A stretch of DNA of 62,886 bases, the filler included, from Aduncisulcus paluster (taxonomy: Eukaryota), in the NCBI GenBank assembly GCA_024181965.1. It is 6 parts of 6 records of this genome, joined end to end, with 100 filler letters (N's around TTAATTAATTAA, not from the genome) between each part and the next. Parts side by side here need not be neighbours in the genome. Positions count along the whole stretch, not along the records: positions 1 to 26,502 come from BQXS01012674.1; 5 more parts are not named here. The stretch is one strand, 5' to 3'. The notes under the pieces are model-generated. The model was not told the origin of the DNA. It saw only the letters and a program-made list of their open reading frames with translations, and made no database searches. The position numbers were made by a program, and so were the translations under genes. Of the stretch, positions 10,861 through 22,105 are shown piece by piece (the first letter of the stretch is position 1; each line of letters begins with the position of its first letter).

Positions 10861-13800
10861 TTACATTGAGATTCCAAAAGAAAAAGCAAGCAAGAGAAAC
10901 ACACCGCATAATGATATGACTCCAGTACCGATCCCTGCCATACTGAACACTCCTCGAGTCGTATCTTCATTTACATATAACTCCACAGTTTCCTCCTCTT
11001 CCTCGTCTTCTCCTTCCTCTTCTCCTTCCTCTTCATCAGGTTTGTATGAAGGAATACCAATTCCATAGTAAATATCTTCTTCAACACAACACGCGTATCC
11101 ATTGTTTTCGAGAAGTGAAATGTCCTCGATGGATTGTGAGAGAGAATCAAAACATGATGATTGGGTAAGAGAGAAATTACAAGAATCAGCAAGGAACAGT
11201 GATCCGGAATCATCAATCTCCCAACGTTTTTCTTTAATATTAAGAACACCGCTGGAAACAAGTTCAATTTCTGATTCATCTGTTCCTTGGATGATAGTAA
11301 TATCTTCAATGCCTTGAAAATGCACAGGAAAAGAACTTGTGATTCCAAAAGAGGAGGAAATGATGGGGTTGGAATAATACGAGTTTTCAACATCAACATA
11401 TACATCAAAATAACCATAATTATCGCTTGATAGCATATTAATATTGGTGAGAGAAGGATATATACCAATAGAAGTGGGAATATCTATTATGGGATCGGAT
11501 GGATCAGTAATTGTCTGGGTTTCATAGAATTCAGAGATTGTTTTGGTTGGCGATCCATACATTCTTGCTTCAACAGACAGAGAGGAATCTGAATCGATAA
11601 TAGAACAGGATGTTCCATTGGAAATGAGTTGAGATCCTCGATTCGTTGAAAGAATAACAGAATCTAGTTGAGATTCTGAATCATTCACAACGACACATCC
11701 ATCCTCAAAACTAACATAATCAGATACTGACCCCACAAAAGGACATTGGTCAATGTCAGACGTGAATGTCAAAAGTCCAAAAATCCCATTGTCAACAAAA
11801 ATGACTTGTTTTTCAGAACAAGAAGGATTGAAACAGACAGAAGAATCCGAAGAAGGAGATATCATTTCTGAAGAATAAAGAAATGTTGCTTCATTTCCAG
11901 AATAAGACACCTTTGAGAATGAGATGTCTTCAGAGGGTGATGAAGAGGAGAGACAAACTTGTCCATCGATTTCTTCGGAGTCAATGCCAGCTGTTGAGAC
12001 ACATGTAGGAGACATCCCAAGGGAAGGAGTTGCATTTTTGCAGATAGGAATTGATTGCATGGAGAAAAGAATATCATTTCGATAGATATTCCCATCAGGT
12101 TGTATGATAATATCAGTAATCGTGGAGGATCCCTCAGTTGAAATTTTCTTGATCTTGATTTCGCTCAGCATATCCATCATTACAATGTCAAGTGCTTCTG
12201 CAATGTCAGTTTCAAGTCGAAGATGGTATATAGCCGGGGATTGGACAATAAATGAACACAAAACATCAGGATTGAGTGGATACAAACAATCTTGGAGATA
12301 GATAAAACCAGTTAACTCAGATTGTGATTCTCGGTACAAAGATGCATTAACATTATTGCCCTCAGAGAGTCCATCAATGAAAAGTGCCAATTTTATCATT
12401 TTTGAGACAGGATTCAGGACATAGCTCATGTTGTTAGAGGCTGAGGAAACACTATACATTAGATAGAGTTGGTTCTTGACATATAAGGGCTGGACGTCGG
12501 AGAGATCAATCCATGATCGAAGCCCACCTCCAGAAACATATGTAGAAATGTCATATGAATAAACAGCGAGTCCACTTATTGTGACATCAGTGATGGCTTC
12601 AATGTAGACGGGTTTTTCACCGTCCCAAGGTTCCATACAACTTGCAAATTCAACTGAACCATAATATGCAGAGATATTAGAATCATCAAAAAAGGAAATC
12701 GTCATGACAGAGTATTTGGTTTCAGAATCCGAAAACCACAGGTCAGCATCAGTAATTGCTTGAATAGTCTGTCTCGTGGAACAACCCGATTCGACGATCC
12801 ATTTAAAATAAGTCGAGGTTCCAAAACTTAGTGATGTTGCATTAATATTAAAATATCCCCCATCGCCAAAATACAGGGTGTATTCATAAGTAGAATCGGA
12901 AGAGATAAGCAATTGGATTGAAAATCTATCAAAATCTCCAAGGGAAAGTATAGAACTAGCTGGCATCTCAATTGTATTTCCAGAGACATAAGCTCCATTA
13001 CTGAGGGTGGATTCATCGGAAAGGGAAATGCTTCGTGATGGTCCGATTGAAAGAATATCGCCATCGATTTCAAATGGTTGTACCATAGAGGAAAACACAT
13101 CAGAGATACCATGGACATAAGAAAAAGTGGAAGAATCGATATTTTTCATTCCCAAATGCATAGTATCATTGAAGGTTGAAATCGTCGAATCAAAAGTTTC
13201 AAGGGTCTCCAATTTCAAAGTTATTGAACTCAAAGCATCGGGACGGATATAATCTGGGGAATATTCATCAAGTAAATACGAAGTAGAGGCAACAATAGTG
13301 TGTTCAGAATCGAGAAGAAACAGGATAATTCCATACAAAGTATGTCCAATAATATTTCCAAGGGCTACAGGTTTTGTCATTTCAACATAGACATTGTTCC
13401 TCGAGTACGGAAGCATATTAGAGAGTTGTGTGTCATAATCAACAATTAATTGAAGAAAATCACTGACGGACACAATGATATCATCAACAGAACTCGAAAT
13501 AGAAACACTACCATCAACATAGGGGTCAAACTGATCTAATTGGTCGGATATGTTATCGATTATTTCCTTAATAGAATCAATCATAGCAACAATATCATCG
13601 TAAACCAAGGCAATATCTGGATAATCGATGGAGTAAGAAGTGATTGTGGTGTACATTTCTTGAAAAGAATCGAGGATTGATGAACAATCCGTTAATTCAT
13701 TCAACAATTGGGTTTGAATCTTTGAAGATGGAAACAACTGAGGAAATGACATCCTTTCCTGGAATTTTTGCACGAACATGGAACTCATTCTTCGATTCAT

Positions 13801-14262
13801 GGTCTGTAAAGCTTCTTCCAAGAGAGAACCATCAACTAATTCGAGAGAATAATCTGCGCAGAGATCTGGATTATCCAAAGATCCGTCAAATAGATAATTT
13901 CCATGCTCTTCAAGAGATTCCAGAATCCATGTGCCCAAATCTTGACTATACACGGCTTTTACGGGTATAGATCCCTCGTCTCCTCCATAAACAGATTCGC
14001 AAGTCTGTATATCTAATGATAATTTGAGGGATTCTAAGAAAGAATTGATGGAAGATTCACTTGCACACATTGCATATCCATTAGGGGACTCAGCAACACA
14101 ATATTGTCCTGAACCAACAATATTTCCATAATAATAGAGCATTCGTTCTGTCTGAATATCGAAAATATCATGGGCAATATCAGTAGAGTAATCGAAAGAA
14201 AGGACAAATCGGAAGAGCAAATTTAGGAAGAGAATTTGCACTAAGTATTTAGAATAATGCAT
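10861..14262 (-). CDS. Large acidic Ser-rich secreted or surface protein with C-terminal hydrophobic anchor
   Basis: Signal-like N-terminus (MHYSKYLVQILFLNLLFRFVLS), about 1133 aa, poly-Glu stalk, terminal hydrophobic segment. Confidence 0.8.
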   Translation of the reverse strand: MHYSKYLVQILFLNLLFRFVLSFDYSTDIAHDIFDIQTERMLYYYGNIVGSGQYCVAESPNGYAMCASESSINSFLESLKLSLDIQTCESVYGGDEGSIPVKAVYSQDLGTWILESLEEHGNYLFDGSLDNPDLCADYSLELVDGSLLEEALQTMNRRMSSMFVQKFQERMSFPQLFPSSKIQTQLLNELTDCSSILDSFQEMYTTITSYSIDYPDIALVYDDIVAMIDSIKEIIDNISDQLDQFDPYVDGSVSISSSVDDIIVSVSDFLQLIVDYDTQLSNMLPYSRNNVYVEMTKPVALGNIIGHTLYGIILFLLDSEHTIVASTSYLLDEYSPDYIRPDALSSITLKLETLETFDSTISTFNDTMHLGMKNIDSSTFSYVHGISDVFSSMVQPFEIDGDILSIGPSRSISLSDESTLSNGAYVSGNTIEMPASSILSLGDFDRFSIQLLISSDSTYEYTLYFGDGGYFNINATSLSFGTSTYFKWIVESGCSTRQTIQAITDADLWFSDSETKYSVMTISFFDDSNISAYYGSVEFASCMEPWDGEKPVYIEAITDVTISGLAVYSYDISTYVSGGGLRSWIDLSDVQPLYVKNQLYLMYSVSSASNNMSYVLNPVSKMIKLALFIDGLSEGNNVNASLYRESQSELTGFIYLQDCLYPLNPDVLCSFIVQSPAIYHLRLETDIAEALDIVMMDMLSEIKIKKISTEGSSTITDIIIQPDGNIYRNDILFSMQSIPICKNATPSLGMSPTCVSTAGIDSEEIDGQVCLSSSSPSEDISFSKVSYSGNEATFLYSSEMISPSSDSSVCFNPSCSEKQVIFVDNGIFGLLTFTSDIDQCPFVGSVSDYVSFEDGCVVVNDSESQLDSVILSTNRGSQLISNGTSCSIIDSDSSLSVEARMYGSPTKTISEFYETQTITDPSDPIIDIPTSIGIYPSLTNINMLSSDNYGYFDVYVDVENSYYSNPIISSSFGITSSFPVHFQGIEDITIIQGTDESEIELVSSGVLNIKEKRWEIDDSGSLFLADSCNFSLTQSSCFDSLSQSIEDISLLENNGYACCVEEDIYYGIGIPSYKPDEEEGEEEGEDEEEEETVELYVNEDTTRGVFSMAGIGTGVISLCGVFLLLAFSFGISM

Positions 14263-14410
14263 ATTGGTTGATTTAAAATTATTTTTATGGCAAAAATTGA
14301 AAATTGCCTTCACATTTTCTGAAGTTGGGAAAGCAAATTTTTGAATTTGAAAATACAAAAAAAGTTGTATGGAAATTTCAATTCATTTTTGATGTTTGAA
14401 GAGTAATATT

Positions 14411-15327
14411 ATGCCAATACCTCGCAAAGAAGGATATTATCCTTCTCAAAAACATTTGCTTCAACACAGGGAATGCTATACAACAGCTTTGGATATGGCG
14501 CTCAAATCAACAAAAGCAAGTGAAACAACAATAGAACTCAAAACGGGTTCCATAAATGAATATTTGGAATCTCAAGGTATAAATCCATCAGAATATGAAC
14601 ATGGAGATGAATTGGATTCATTCATGATGTGGGTATTAAAATGTCAATATGAGTTGGCATTAAACCNNNNNNNNNNNNNNNNNNNNGCAAAGAAGGATAT
14701 TATCCTTCTCAAAAACATTTGCTTCAACACAGGGAATGCTATACAACAGCTTTGGATATGGCGCTCAAATCAACAAAAGCAAGTGAAACAACAATAGAAC
14801 TCAAAACGGGTTCCATAAATGAATATTTGGAATCTCAAGGTATAAATCCATCAGAATATGAACATGGAGATGAATTGGATTCATTCATGATGTGGGTATT
14901 AAAATGTCAATATGAGTTGGCATTAAACCTTAAATCAATACAAGAAGATCTTGATATTCTCATAACAGCAGTCAATTCAACATTAGTACAACTTCCAGTT
15001 GTAGAAAAAGATGAGATTGTAGCATATTTTAAATCTCTTCAGTATCGACAGAAAAGTAGTTATCTAAAGGCAGTATTTCAAGCATCTGAACTTGAACTTG
15101 CTGGAATTAAGCGAAAAAGGGTGAGCCTTTCGAAGAGAGCCAAACAAATATTAGAAGAATGGTGGGAGATGAACAGGGAATATCCATATGCAACAAAGGA
15201 TGTATTACAAGATTTATCTCGAAAAACTGGTTTACAAATTCTTCAAATTAAAACGTGGTTATCAACTAATCGCTATAGAAGAAAACCTAAGGCTTCGCGA
15301 AAACCCTCACACAAAACGAAAAAATAA
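14411..15327 (+). CDS. TALE-class homeodomain protein, PBX-like (about 217 aa after collapsing the gap duplication)
   Basis: KRKRVSLSKRAKQILEEWW..N.EYPYAT...L..L...TGL...QIKTWLSTNRYRRK. 14424-14666 is duplicated at 14687-14929 around the gap, giving a false frameshift. Confidence 0.85.
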
Positions 15328-15473
15328 AGGATTTGAATTGCTTAATTATTGAGGTTCTTGTAATATCCTGAATGTAATTTTGCTGAATGGTTGATTTGTT
15401 GTACATCAAAACTTGAATATGGCTTTTTCGCTGATTCAAGAACTTTGGTAAGACTTGAATATACCAAAATTGA

Positions 15474-16376
15474 TTGAAAGATTATCAGGGATCTTATTTT
15501 TTTGTTAGATTTATTTTATCATTCTTACTTGTTTTGTATCTGGAAACCGTGTCCACTTCCGTGACTGAAGGTCGGGGTCTATTCCCAGAATCATATTCAA
15601 AAGATAGGATTCGCAAAGCCGTTATTCGTAGGAGCAAATCGCGCCTTCAACGAAAAAAAATCCACGAATTATCTGTTCCGTTCGATCGATCTAGGCAATG
15701 TCAGTCTGCTATGTCCGATCGTCCCATTGTATCGAGGGCCAAACATGCAAGTGATTCGATTCTTCGCGTTTTTCAAGAAACTATTTCGATAGGAAACGAC
15801 ATAAATACAGATTCTTCACCTGTTGGTCAGTCTAGAGAACTCTTTTCTGGGGTTGTCGATTCCCCAGTATTTGTATCCGACCATTTTCAAACAATCGATG
15901 AAACAAATCCGATCGATATTAAATGTGATATCTCATCTCATGAAGAATCATATGATAAATCTCCCGATGCTGAGCTCCAATCTCAGCTCATTTCACATGA
16001 AAGTTTGTATTCTGATCAAATTCTAAGATGCCAAGATGATTTTCAAGATGATGTTGATTTTCATTCTGAGAGATGTGCAAATTTGGATGAGATTCCACAT
16101 TTGGCCGATGATATATTGTCAGAAATTCCTGATATGCCTTTATCTCATCCTTCTAATGCCGTTTTATTTAAAGATGTTGCTATTAGAGATAGGGTTATAA
16201 TGAGTTCGAGACAAGATGGATTGTTGGAATTGGAAGGATGTGGAAAATATGATGATTTTCAACATTTGGAAAACGACCAGAAATACATTCGATGCATCAA
16301 AATTATGATTTTTTGGTTGATAATTTTATCAATATTATCTATTGCTCAACTTATTTTTATTTTTTTTCTTTTATGA
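15474..16376 (+). CDS. Hypothetical tail-anchored protein; start uncertain (first ATG 15711)
   Basis: Long open frame, acidic disordered middle, single C-terminal TM. Confidence 0.6.
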   Translation: MKDYQGSYFFVRFILSFLLVLYLETVSTSVTEGRGLFPESYSKDRIRKAVIRRSKSRLQRKKIHELSVPFDRSRQCQSAMSDRPIVSRAKHASDSILRVFQETISIGNDINTDSSPVGQSRELFSGVVDSPVFVSDHFQTIDETNPIDIKCDISSHEESYDKSPDAELQSQLISHESLYSDQILRCQDDFQDDVDFHSERCANLDEIPHLADDILSEIPDMPLSHPSNAVLFKDVAIRDRVIMSSRQDGLLELEGCGKYDDFQHLENDQKYIRCIKIMIFWLIILSILSIAQLIFIFFLL

Positions 16377-16488
16377 AAAATTGGCAAGCTTTGCCTTGTC
16401 TCTGTGGCTTAATTTGGGAAATTGAGAAGATCTATTGTTGGAAACGCCTGTATATAGTGATATCAAAAGTTGTTTTTTGTTGGTGTTT

Positions 16489-16515
16489 TCTAAAAATAGA
16501 TTTTCTAAAAATAGA
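16489..16515 (+). promoter_or_regulatory. Tandem TCTAAAAATAGA doublet (MEF2-site-like), copy 1
   Basis: TCTAAAAATAGA-TTT-TCTAAAAATAGA. The same doublet recurs at 45447, 45680 and 59538. Function inferred. Confidence 0.5.
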
Positions 16516-17153
16516 ATTGGCAAATTGAAATCGCCTTGTATGACGTTATTTCAATTGAAAACTTCCAAAAGATATCAATTCTTTCTCTTTTTGTTTTTTT
16601 TTTTCTTGCAGATTAATTGAATATTTAGATACCTTTCGGTGTCTCTGGTGATTTTCAATTGTTCCTTTTTGTTATTATCTTTTACACGATTAGTTTGTTT
16701 AGTCCGTTTTGTTACCGTTTATTCAAATTTTGAAAATTTTCTTTTGTCCGATTTTTTAAATATTCCCCCACAAATTGTGGAACATTCTGTGTCGCTTATC
16801 GAACATTCGAATCAAAATAGTACAGTGTAGTACAGTATAGTTACTAACGACTTTGTTATTGAGATTTTAGTCAGTAAAATCATTTTACACTCTAAAATTT
16901 TTCTTATAAACTACTTCTATACATTCTGTGGAATTTGTTAATACTAACTTCAAGTTAGTAACTTGTTATCTGGATTTCATCTCAAGAGCTTGATGGCATT
17001 AAGGATGTCTTTAGTTTACTCAATGAGTTATTATATGGGTTTACAAGCAAATGATCTCATTTATGAGAATCTGATGAGGCATCAGTGATGACATCACTGT
17101 GATGTGCAAAGGTAATAACAAGTCTAGAATAATAACTTTAGTCAAAAAAGAAC

Positions 17154-20100
17154 TCATTTCTTATATCCTCTCGTTTTTTTCTTCTCAAATAACTTCGAAG
17201 AAGCAGGTTTGGATTGTGAAGTACTGTCTTTCCCAGATGATTTGGGATCAGATTTCGTAGGTTCTTTTTCAGATTCCTTCCCCTTTCGAACATCTTGAGT
17301 TTGCTTCCCCTTTCCATTTGAACCTGGCCGAATGGAAGAACCAGAAGTCTTTGGTTTAGGACCCTTCTTTTTTTCAGTCTGCCTTTTTTCTGGATGCACA
17401 TCTTTTGTTTTCTTCTCCAGAATAGATTCAACAGATTTTTTTTGAGAAGGTTTAGACTTTGGTTTTGGTTCTGTTTTCTTTGGCTTATTAAGGGTTGGTT
17501 GCTTTTCATCGCCCTTTCGCTCATACCTTGGTCTTCCCTTTTTCCTCTCATATCTTATAGATTTCCCTTCGTGCTCCTTTTCTGATTGATATCTCTTCGG
17601 GTATTTCTTTGAATCGGACTCCACGCCACCATCCTTATTGGGAACAACCTTTTTAGCGTCTTTCGATCTTGTTACATACTCCCGTGAAGTAGGGCTCTTA
17701 ATCTCTGGTGTAGCATCCATTGATTGCCCTTTCTCTTTTCGTGTCTCCTCTTCAAAACGTCTGGATCTCTCCTTCTTGTCTTCGACAGGGAATTTCCTCT
17801 CCCTCTTGTTCTTGTGAGAGAAATCAGAACGTTTTCTTTTGTTTTCATGGATTCTATCGAGTTTTTCACTACACATGGTGGCCATTCTCTCTGCTTCCTT
17901 GGCAATCCAAGCCATCATCCAGCACCCCCGTTCAATTTCACACAAGGCCTGTTGTTGATTGTGAATAGATGTCAATAGCTCCTCGAGTTGGGCATCAGAT
18001 TCCGAGGCAGATCTCTTTGAATGCCAGGAACTAGAGTGATCACGGAAGGGTGGCCTTGCCAATTTACACCGTGTGGGTGAGACAAAGTGGAACAAAGAAA
18101 ATGAATCCAGACCAGGCAGTTCCCCGATAAGACAAGTTAAAGCTCTTGTAAGTTCTGTCAGGGTATGGAAAGGCTGGATACATTCTTTTCCCTTGAACTC
18201 AGATCTGCTCATTTCCAGGGCAACATGGAGTTGTTTCATAGCCACGGATGAGCACGACACAATGTCATTGTAGTATTGAGCATCATTGAGGCAAAGACAC
18301 AACTCCTCAAGAAGGCTTGGGATAAGATAAAAGTGTGATTCATCCAGCTTTGAGGGAACAATGGGGGAGCGTTTGTGGGGATGTGAGAGTGGAGGAAGGG
18401 ATGAAGTAGAAGAATGATGACGCATCTTCATTTTTTGCAGCATGGAGATACTACGAACACACATATAGTTGGAACAAACATGCTTAGAGATGGTTTTATG
18501 GCCAACAGAAGACTCAGAACTACTTTCGGCATCTTTTCCTTTGTTCATGGCCTCCTTTTCTTTCCTGATGCGAGCTTGAATAGCCTCTTTGGCATCATCA
18601 TCTGAGATATTTCTCACATAGAGACCATTACAGGTGTAGATTCCAGGAGGTTTAATTCCCAACTCTTCCTCCCTCTCAAAGGCAGCCTGTTTTCCTTCCA
18701 GGAGGACAAAGTCACCGTTGAAGATTCCTTCAACACATGAAAGAGTCGGAGATGGTAAGAAGGCAAAATCAGTTTGGTTAGAAGTTGCACTGGCCTTATT
18801 CACTGCGGTGAATTCAGAAGGGTATGCAGAAGAAGGAATGAGAGAGACAAAGGGAGAGTGTTGTCCGTGGCGTTTTGCTGGAGTTGTGTCAATACCATCC
18901 CAACAAGAGTGCTCATTTCTAACGGAATGTTCCAGCATTTCTAACTGAATCCGACGATCACGAACTCTCTTCTCAACTTCTCTTAACCACCCGGAAGAAG
19001 CTGGAAGCATCAAACAGTGGCACATACGTTCTTTGTGCATTATGTTGTCCATATATACGGCAGTATTGTTGTCAGAACTGAGTGGGGCAATAGTACGGAT
19101 ATCAGCACTCGTAATAAGAGAACGAACATCAAGGGAAGCCTCTTGGAGTTGCATGTGGATACTAGAATCATCATCAACAGCATCAAGGAGACTAAACATC
19201 CCGTGCAGAACATCAGTCTCCTCCTTCTCACACCACCCCTTTTCAACGCTATACGATGGAACCCTGTAGGTGAGAGGTGAGAGATTAATTCCCCAAGATT
19301 GGTCAATGAGCTGCGAGAAAGGACGACTCAAGAGGACCTTCAGCGCAGAATCAGGAACAAGAAGCGAAGAGATCGCGTCCAACTTGAGATTGGAACTCCG
19401 AGAGAGAATCTTAGATTCACTAACAAGCAACAATCCTAACTTTTCATGTTTGGAATATTGTTTGTTCATTTTCCCACGTTGGCTTTCTTGGGAATCAGGT
19501 CCAGAAGAATGCTTTGGTCCAGACGCAGGAACAAGAGTAGAAGCCAAGATGGCTGGATAAGCCATTTGGACCGAGGGATGACCGAAAGCAGAACGATATG
19601 AAGATTTATCATAGAACGAAGGGTTGCCAGGAATACTGCCATAATGCATGGTCTCTGATTGGACAGGGTGAGGATTACCAGTCAATGGTTTATAATACAT
19701 GTTTGAACCCTTTTGATGTTCAATGCTTTCTGATTTGTCTGGATAGCCCTTTTCAGGAACAGTTTCTTCTTCCATCAGATAGATCTCTTGCTCAGCATTC
19801 ATTCTCTTCTCAATAGACTCAACCAAGTCAAATATTTGCACGATTGTGTGAAACAAAGTAACAGAATGCCTATAATTCCGGTACAAACACATTTCAATCT
19901 GTCCCAGGATATTATGAAGTTGAAGGAGATGATTACGACATTGAAAGAACGGAGCAAGCGATAATTTATGATTAGGTTCAGAAGAAGGGGAATAAGTGAA
20001 GAGTGAGACAGAAGGGCCTTTCAGATAGGCTGAATCGCTGATAGCTTTCACCAATTCTTGTTCAAGGAGACAGGCATCATAAAGAATAGTTTGAGCCTCA

Positions 20101-20927
20101 GAAAATGATACAAGAGGATCAAAACAAGGATTCTCTACTTGTTTTTCAACATATTGATAGATGTCATCACATGTTTTCTGGCAAAGAGAGAAAGAAGACA
20201 AAAGAGCTTCCTTGACATTAGAGTAAGCCTGCATAAGGATAGAAAATTCATCAGAACCCTTGCTATACTGAATGTAAGCATCTTTTAAACTCAATTCATC
20301 ATCAGGAGTGATTTTTTCAGCATCAAAGAACTCTGGACGATATTCAGAATGAATCGAACAGTCATTTGCAATTCTTTGTAACATTTTGTGGTATTCATTC
20401 AGATTTTTTCTCATGATGATGTGAGAAACACCTTGAATTTGAGATAAGAAAACATTAAGGTTGTCTGCCTTTCGAAAATTCCAAATTTTCGAACCCTTTG
20501 AATCTTTGTGATTCAAAAAGTGCCATAACGATCCAAGATCTTGGAATTGTTCTTTCAATTCAAACTTACTATACTTCTTTTTGGAACTAAGCATATCTCC
20601 AGCATCAAAGTGATTTCTAGAGTGTTGAATAAGTTCTTTGTATGCCTTTTTTGCATTGTCACTCATATAGAGAGAAGGAGGAGGTGGAATCCGCTCATGA
20701 ATGATATCATCCTCGAGAGCATCTCTTTGTAAGGTATAAATCACCGCTTTAAGATGAGTATTATCAATTTCTAATGAACTTTTCTCACTAAATAAAAGAT
20801 CCATTAGTGTTGCTTCCAAATCTTGTCCAAAATCAGTCGATTGCTTTCTGATTGTTCGTTGAGCCTCCCCGCAAGACTTGTCCCAGCGTGAGTCCCCATT
20901 TCCTTTGTTTGATTTTTCAAAACTCAT
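17154..20927 (-). CDS. Hypothetical 1257-aa protein with Lys-rich disordered C-terminus
   Basis: Uninterrupted ATG ORF. No family recognised. Confidence 0.8.
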   Translation of the reverse strand: MSFEKSNKGNGDSRWDKSCGEAQRTIRKQSTDFGQDLEATLMDLLFSEKSSLEIDNTHLKAVIYTLQRDALEDDIIHERIPPPPSLYMSDNAKKAYKELIQHSRNHFDAGDMLSSKKKYSKFELKEQFQDLGSLWHFLNHKDSKGSKIWNFRKADNLNVFLSQIQGVSHIIMRKNLNEYHKMLQRIANDCSIHSEYRPEFFDAEKITPDDELSLKDAYIQYSKGSDEFSILMQAYSNVKEALLSSFSLCQKTCDDIYQYVEKQVENPCFDPLVSFSEAQTILYDACLLEQELVKAISDSAYLKGPSVSLFTYSPSSEPNHKLSLAPFFQCRNHLLQLHNILGQIEMCLYRNYRHSVTLFHTIVQIFDLVESIEKRMNAEQEIYLMEEETVPEKGYPDKSESIEHQKGSNMYYKPLTGNPHPVQSETMHYGSIPGNPSFYDKSSYRSAFGHPSVQMAYPAILASTLVPASGPKHSSGPDSQESQRGKMNKQYSKHEKLGLLLVSESKILSRSSNLKLDAISSLLVPDSALKVLLSRPFSQLIDQSWGINLSPLTYRVPSYSVEKGWCEKEETDVLHGMFSLLDAVDDDSSIHMQLQEASLDVRSLITSADIRTIAPLSSDNNTAVYMDNIMHKERMCHCLMLPASSGWLREVEKRVRDRRIQLEMLEHSVRNEHSCWDGIDTTPAKRHGQHSPFVSLIPSSAYPSEFTAVNKASATSNQTDFAFLPSPTLSCVEGIFNGDFVLLEGKQAAFEREEELGIKPPGIYTCNGLYVRNISDDDAKEAIQARIRKEKEAMNKGKDAESSSESSVGHKTISKHVCSNYMCVRSISMLQKMKMRHHSSTSSLPPLSHPHKRSPIVPSKLDESHFYLIPSLLEELCLCLNDAQYYNDIVSCSSVAMKQLHVALEMSRSEFKGKECIQPFHTLTELTRALTCLIGELPGLDSFSLFHFVSPTRCKLARPPFRDHSSSWHSKRSASESDAQLEELLTSIHNQQQALCEIERGCWMMAWIAKEAERMATMCSEKLDRIHENKRKRSDFSHKNKRERKFPVEDKKERSRRFEEETRKEKGQSMDATPEIKSPTSREYVTRSKDAKKVVPNKDGGVESDSKKYPKRYQSEKEHEGKSIRYERKKGRPRYERKGDEKQPTLNKPKKTEPKPKSKPSQKKSVESILEKKTKDVHPEKRQTEKKKGPKPKTSGSSIRPGSNGKGKQTQDVRKGKESEKEPTKSDPKSSGKDSTSQSKPASSKLFEKKKTRGYKK

Positions 20928-20983
20928 TTTTTTTCATATTTTAATTGATTTTTTTTTGAAAATTGAATTATAATTTGGACAGA

Positions 20984-21402
20984 ATGTGCGATAATCCACT
21001 TCAACTCGTTGTGATAATTCGAAAAGATCTCGATTGGCCGAGTGGCCCTATCATATCCCAAGCTGTTCATGGTATGTATTTATCATCTCTCTTAATCGAA
21101 TATCTTCCTTTCATTTAATATCAATCATTTCCAAAGCTTCCGTTAAAATCCTTGAAGAAACAAAAGATAGACCTGAAACAAAAGAATATTTATTAAAAGA
21201 TAATCTTCCTCTCATGCACACCGTTATTTTAGGTGTGAAATCACTCACGAAATTGAAAAATGTTAAAAAGAAGTTGGATGATGGTGGAATTCCCTCTTGC
21301 ATTTGGATCGAAACTCCTGAAATGGTAGAAACTGCCTTGGGGGTTGCTCCTTCGAGGAAAAGCGATTTGGCTCCCTTTTTGAAAAAGTTGCGATTATTCT
21401 GA
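20984..21402 (+). CDS. PTRHD1: PTRHD1-like (PTH2-fold) protein, spliced: exons 20984-21071 and 21137-21402, 117 aa
   Basis: Spliced product MCDNPLQLVVIIRKDLDWPSGPIISQAVHA...WIETPEMVETA...LKKLRLF. Intron GTATGT...AAAG at 21072-21136 restores the frame. Confidence 0.88.
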
Positions 21403-21504
21403 TTCTATACTATAGATGCTGCTTGTGATATTGTGTTATTGCTCTTAATCCACAAATAACCATCAATGATGACGATAATAAAATTGAATTATAATTTGGA
21501 CAGA

Positions 21505-21923
21505 ATGTGCGATAATCCACTTCAACTCGTTGTGATAATTCGAAAAGATCTCGATTGGCCGAGTGGCCCTATCATATCCCAAGCTGTTCATGGTATGTAT
21601 TTATCATCTCTCTTAATCGAATATCTTCCTTTCATTTAATATCAATCATTTCCAAAGCTTCCGTTAAAATCCTTGAAGAAACAAAAGATAGACCTGAAAC
21701 AAAAGAATATTTATTAAAAGATAATCTTCCTCTCATGCACACCGTTATTTTAGGTGTGAAATCACTCACGAAATTGAAAAATGTTAAAAAGAAGTTGGAT
21801 GATGGTGGAATTCCCTCTTGCATTTGGATCGAAACTCCTGAAATGGTAGAAACTGCCTTGGGGGTTGCTCCTTCGAGGAAAAGCGATTTGGCTCCCTTTT
21901 TGAAAAAGTTGCGATTATTCTGA
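21505..21923 (+). CDS. PTRHD1: Second identical PTRHD1-like copy (intron 21593-21657)
   Basis: The 521-bp unit 20960-21480 is repeated exactly at 21481-22001. May be artefactual. Confidence 0.55.
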
Positions 21924-22105
21924 TTCTATACTATAGATGCTGCTTGTGATATTGTGTTATTGCTCTTAATCCACAAATAACCATCAATGATGACGATAAT
22001 AATCTAAATTTGAGAAAATACAACCGCATACACCACAATGGTGAATCATGATGACTGAAAGAAAAGATCCACTAATTCACAATAAACGAAACAAACATTT
22101 ATTAA

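Noticed and set aside
15419..15508. Upstream exon (ATG 15419, GTAAG donor) for the tail-anchored ORF
   Set aside because: The only nearby in-phase AG acceptor creates a TGA stop at the junction.
17071..17112. Hammerhead ribozyme (CTGATGA followed by a stem)
   Set aside because: The required GAAA after stem II is absent (GCAAAG) and stems I and III are not evident.
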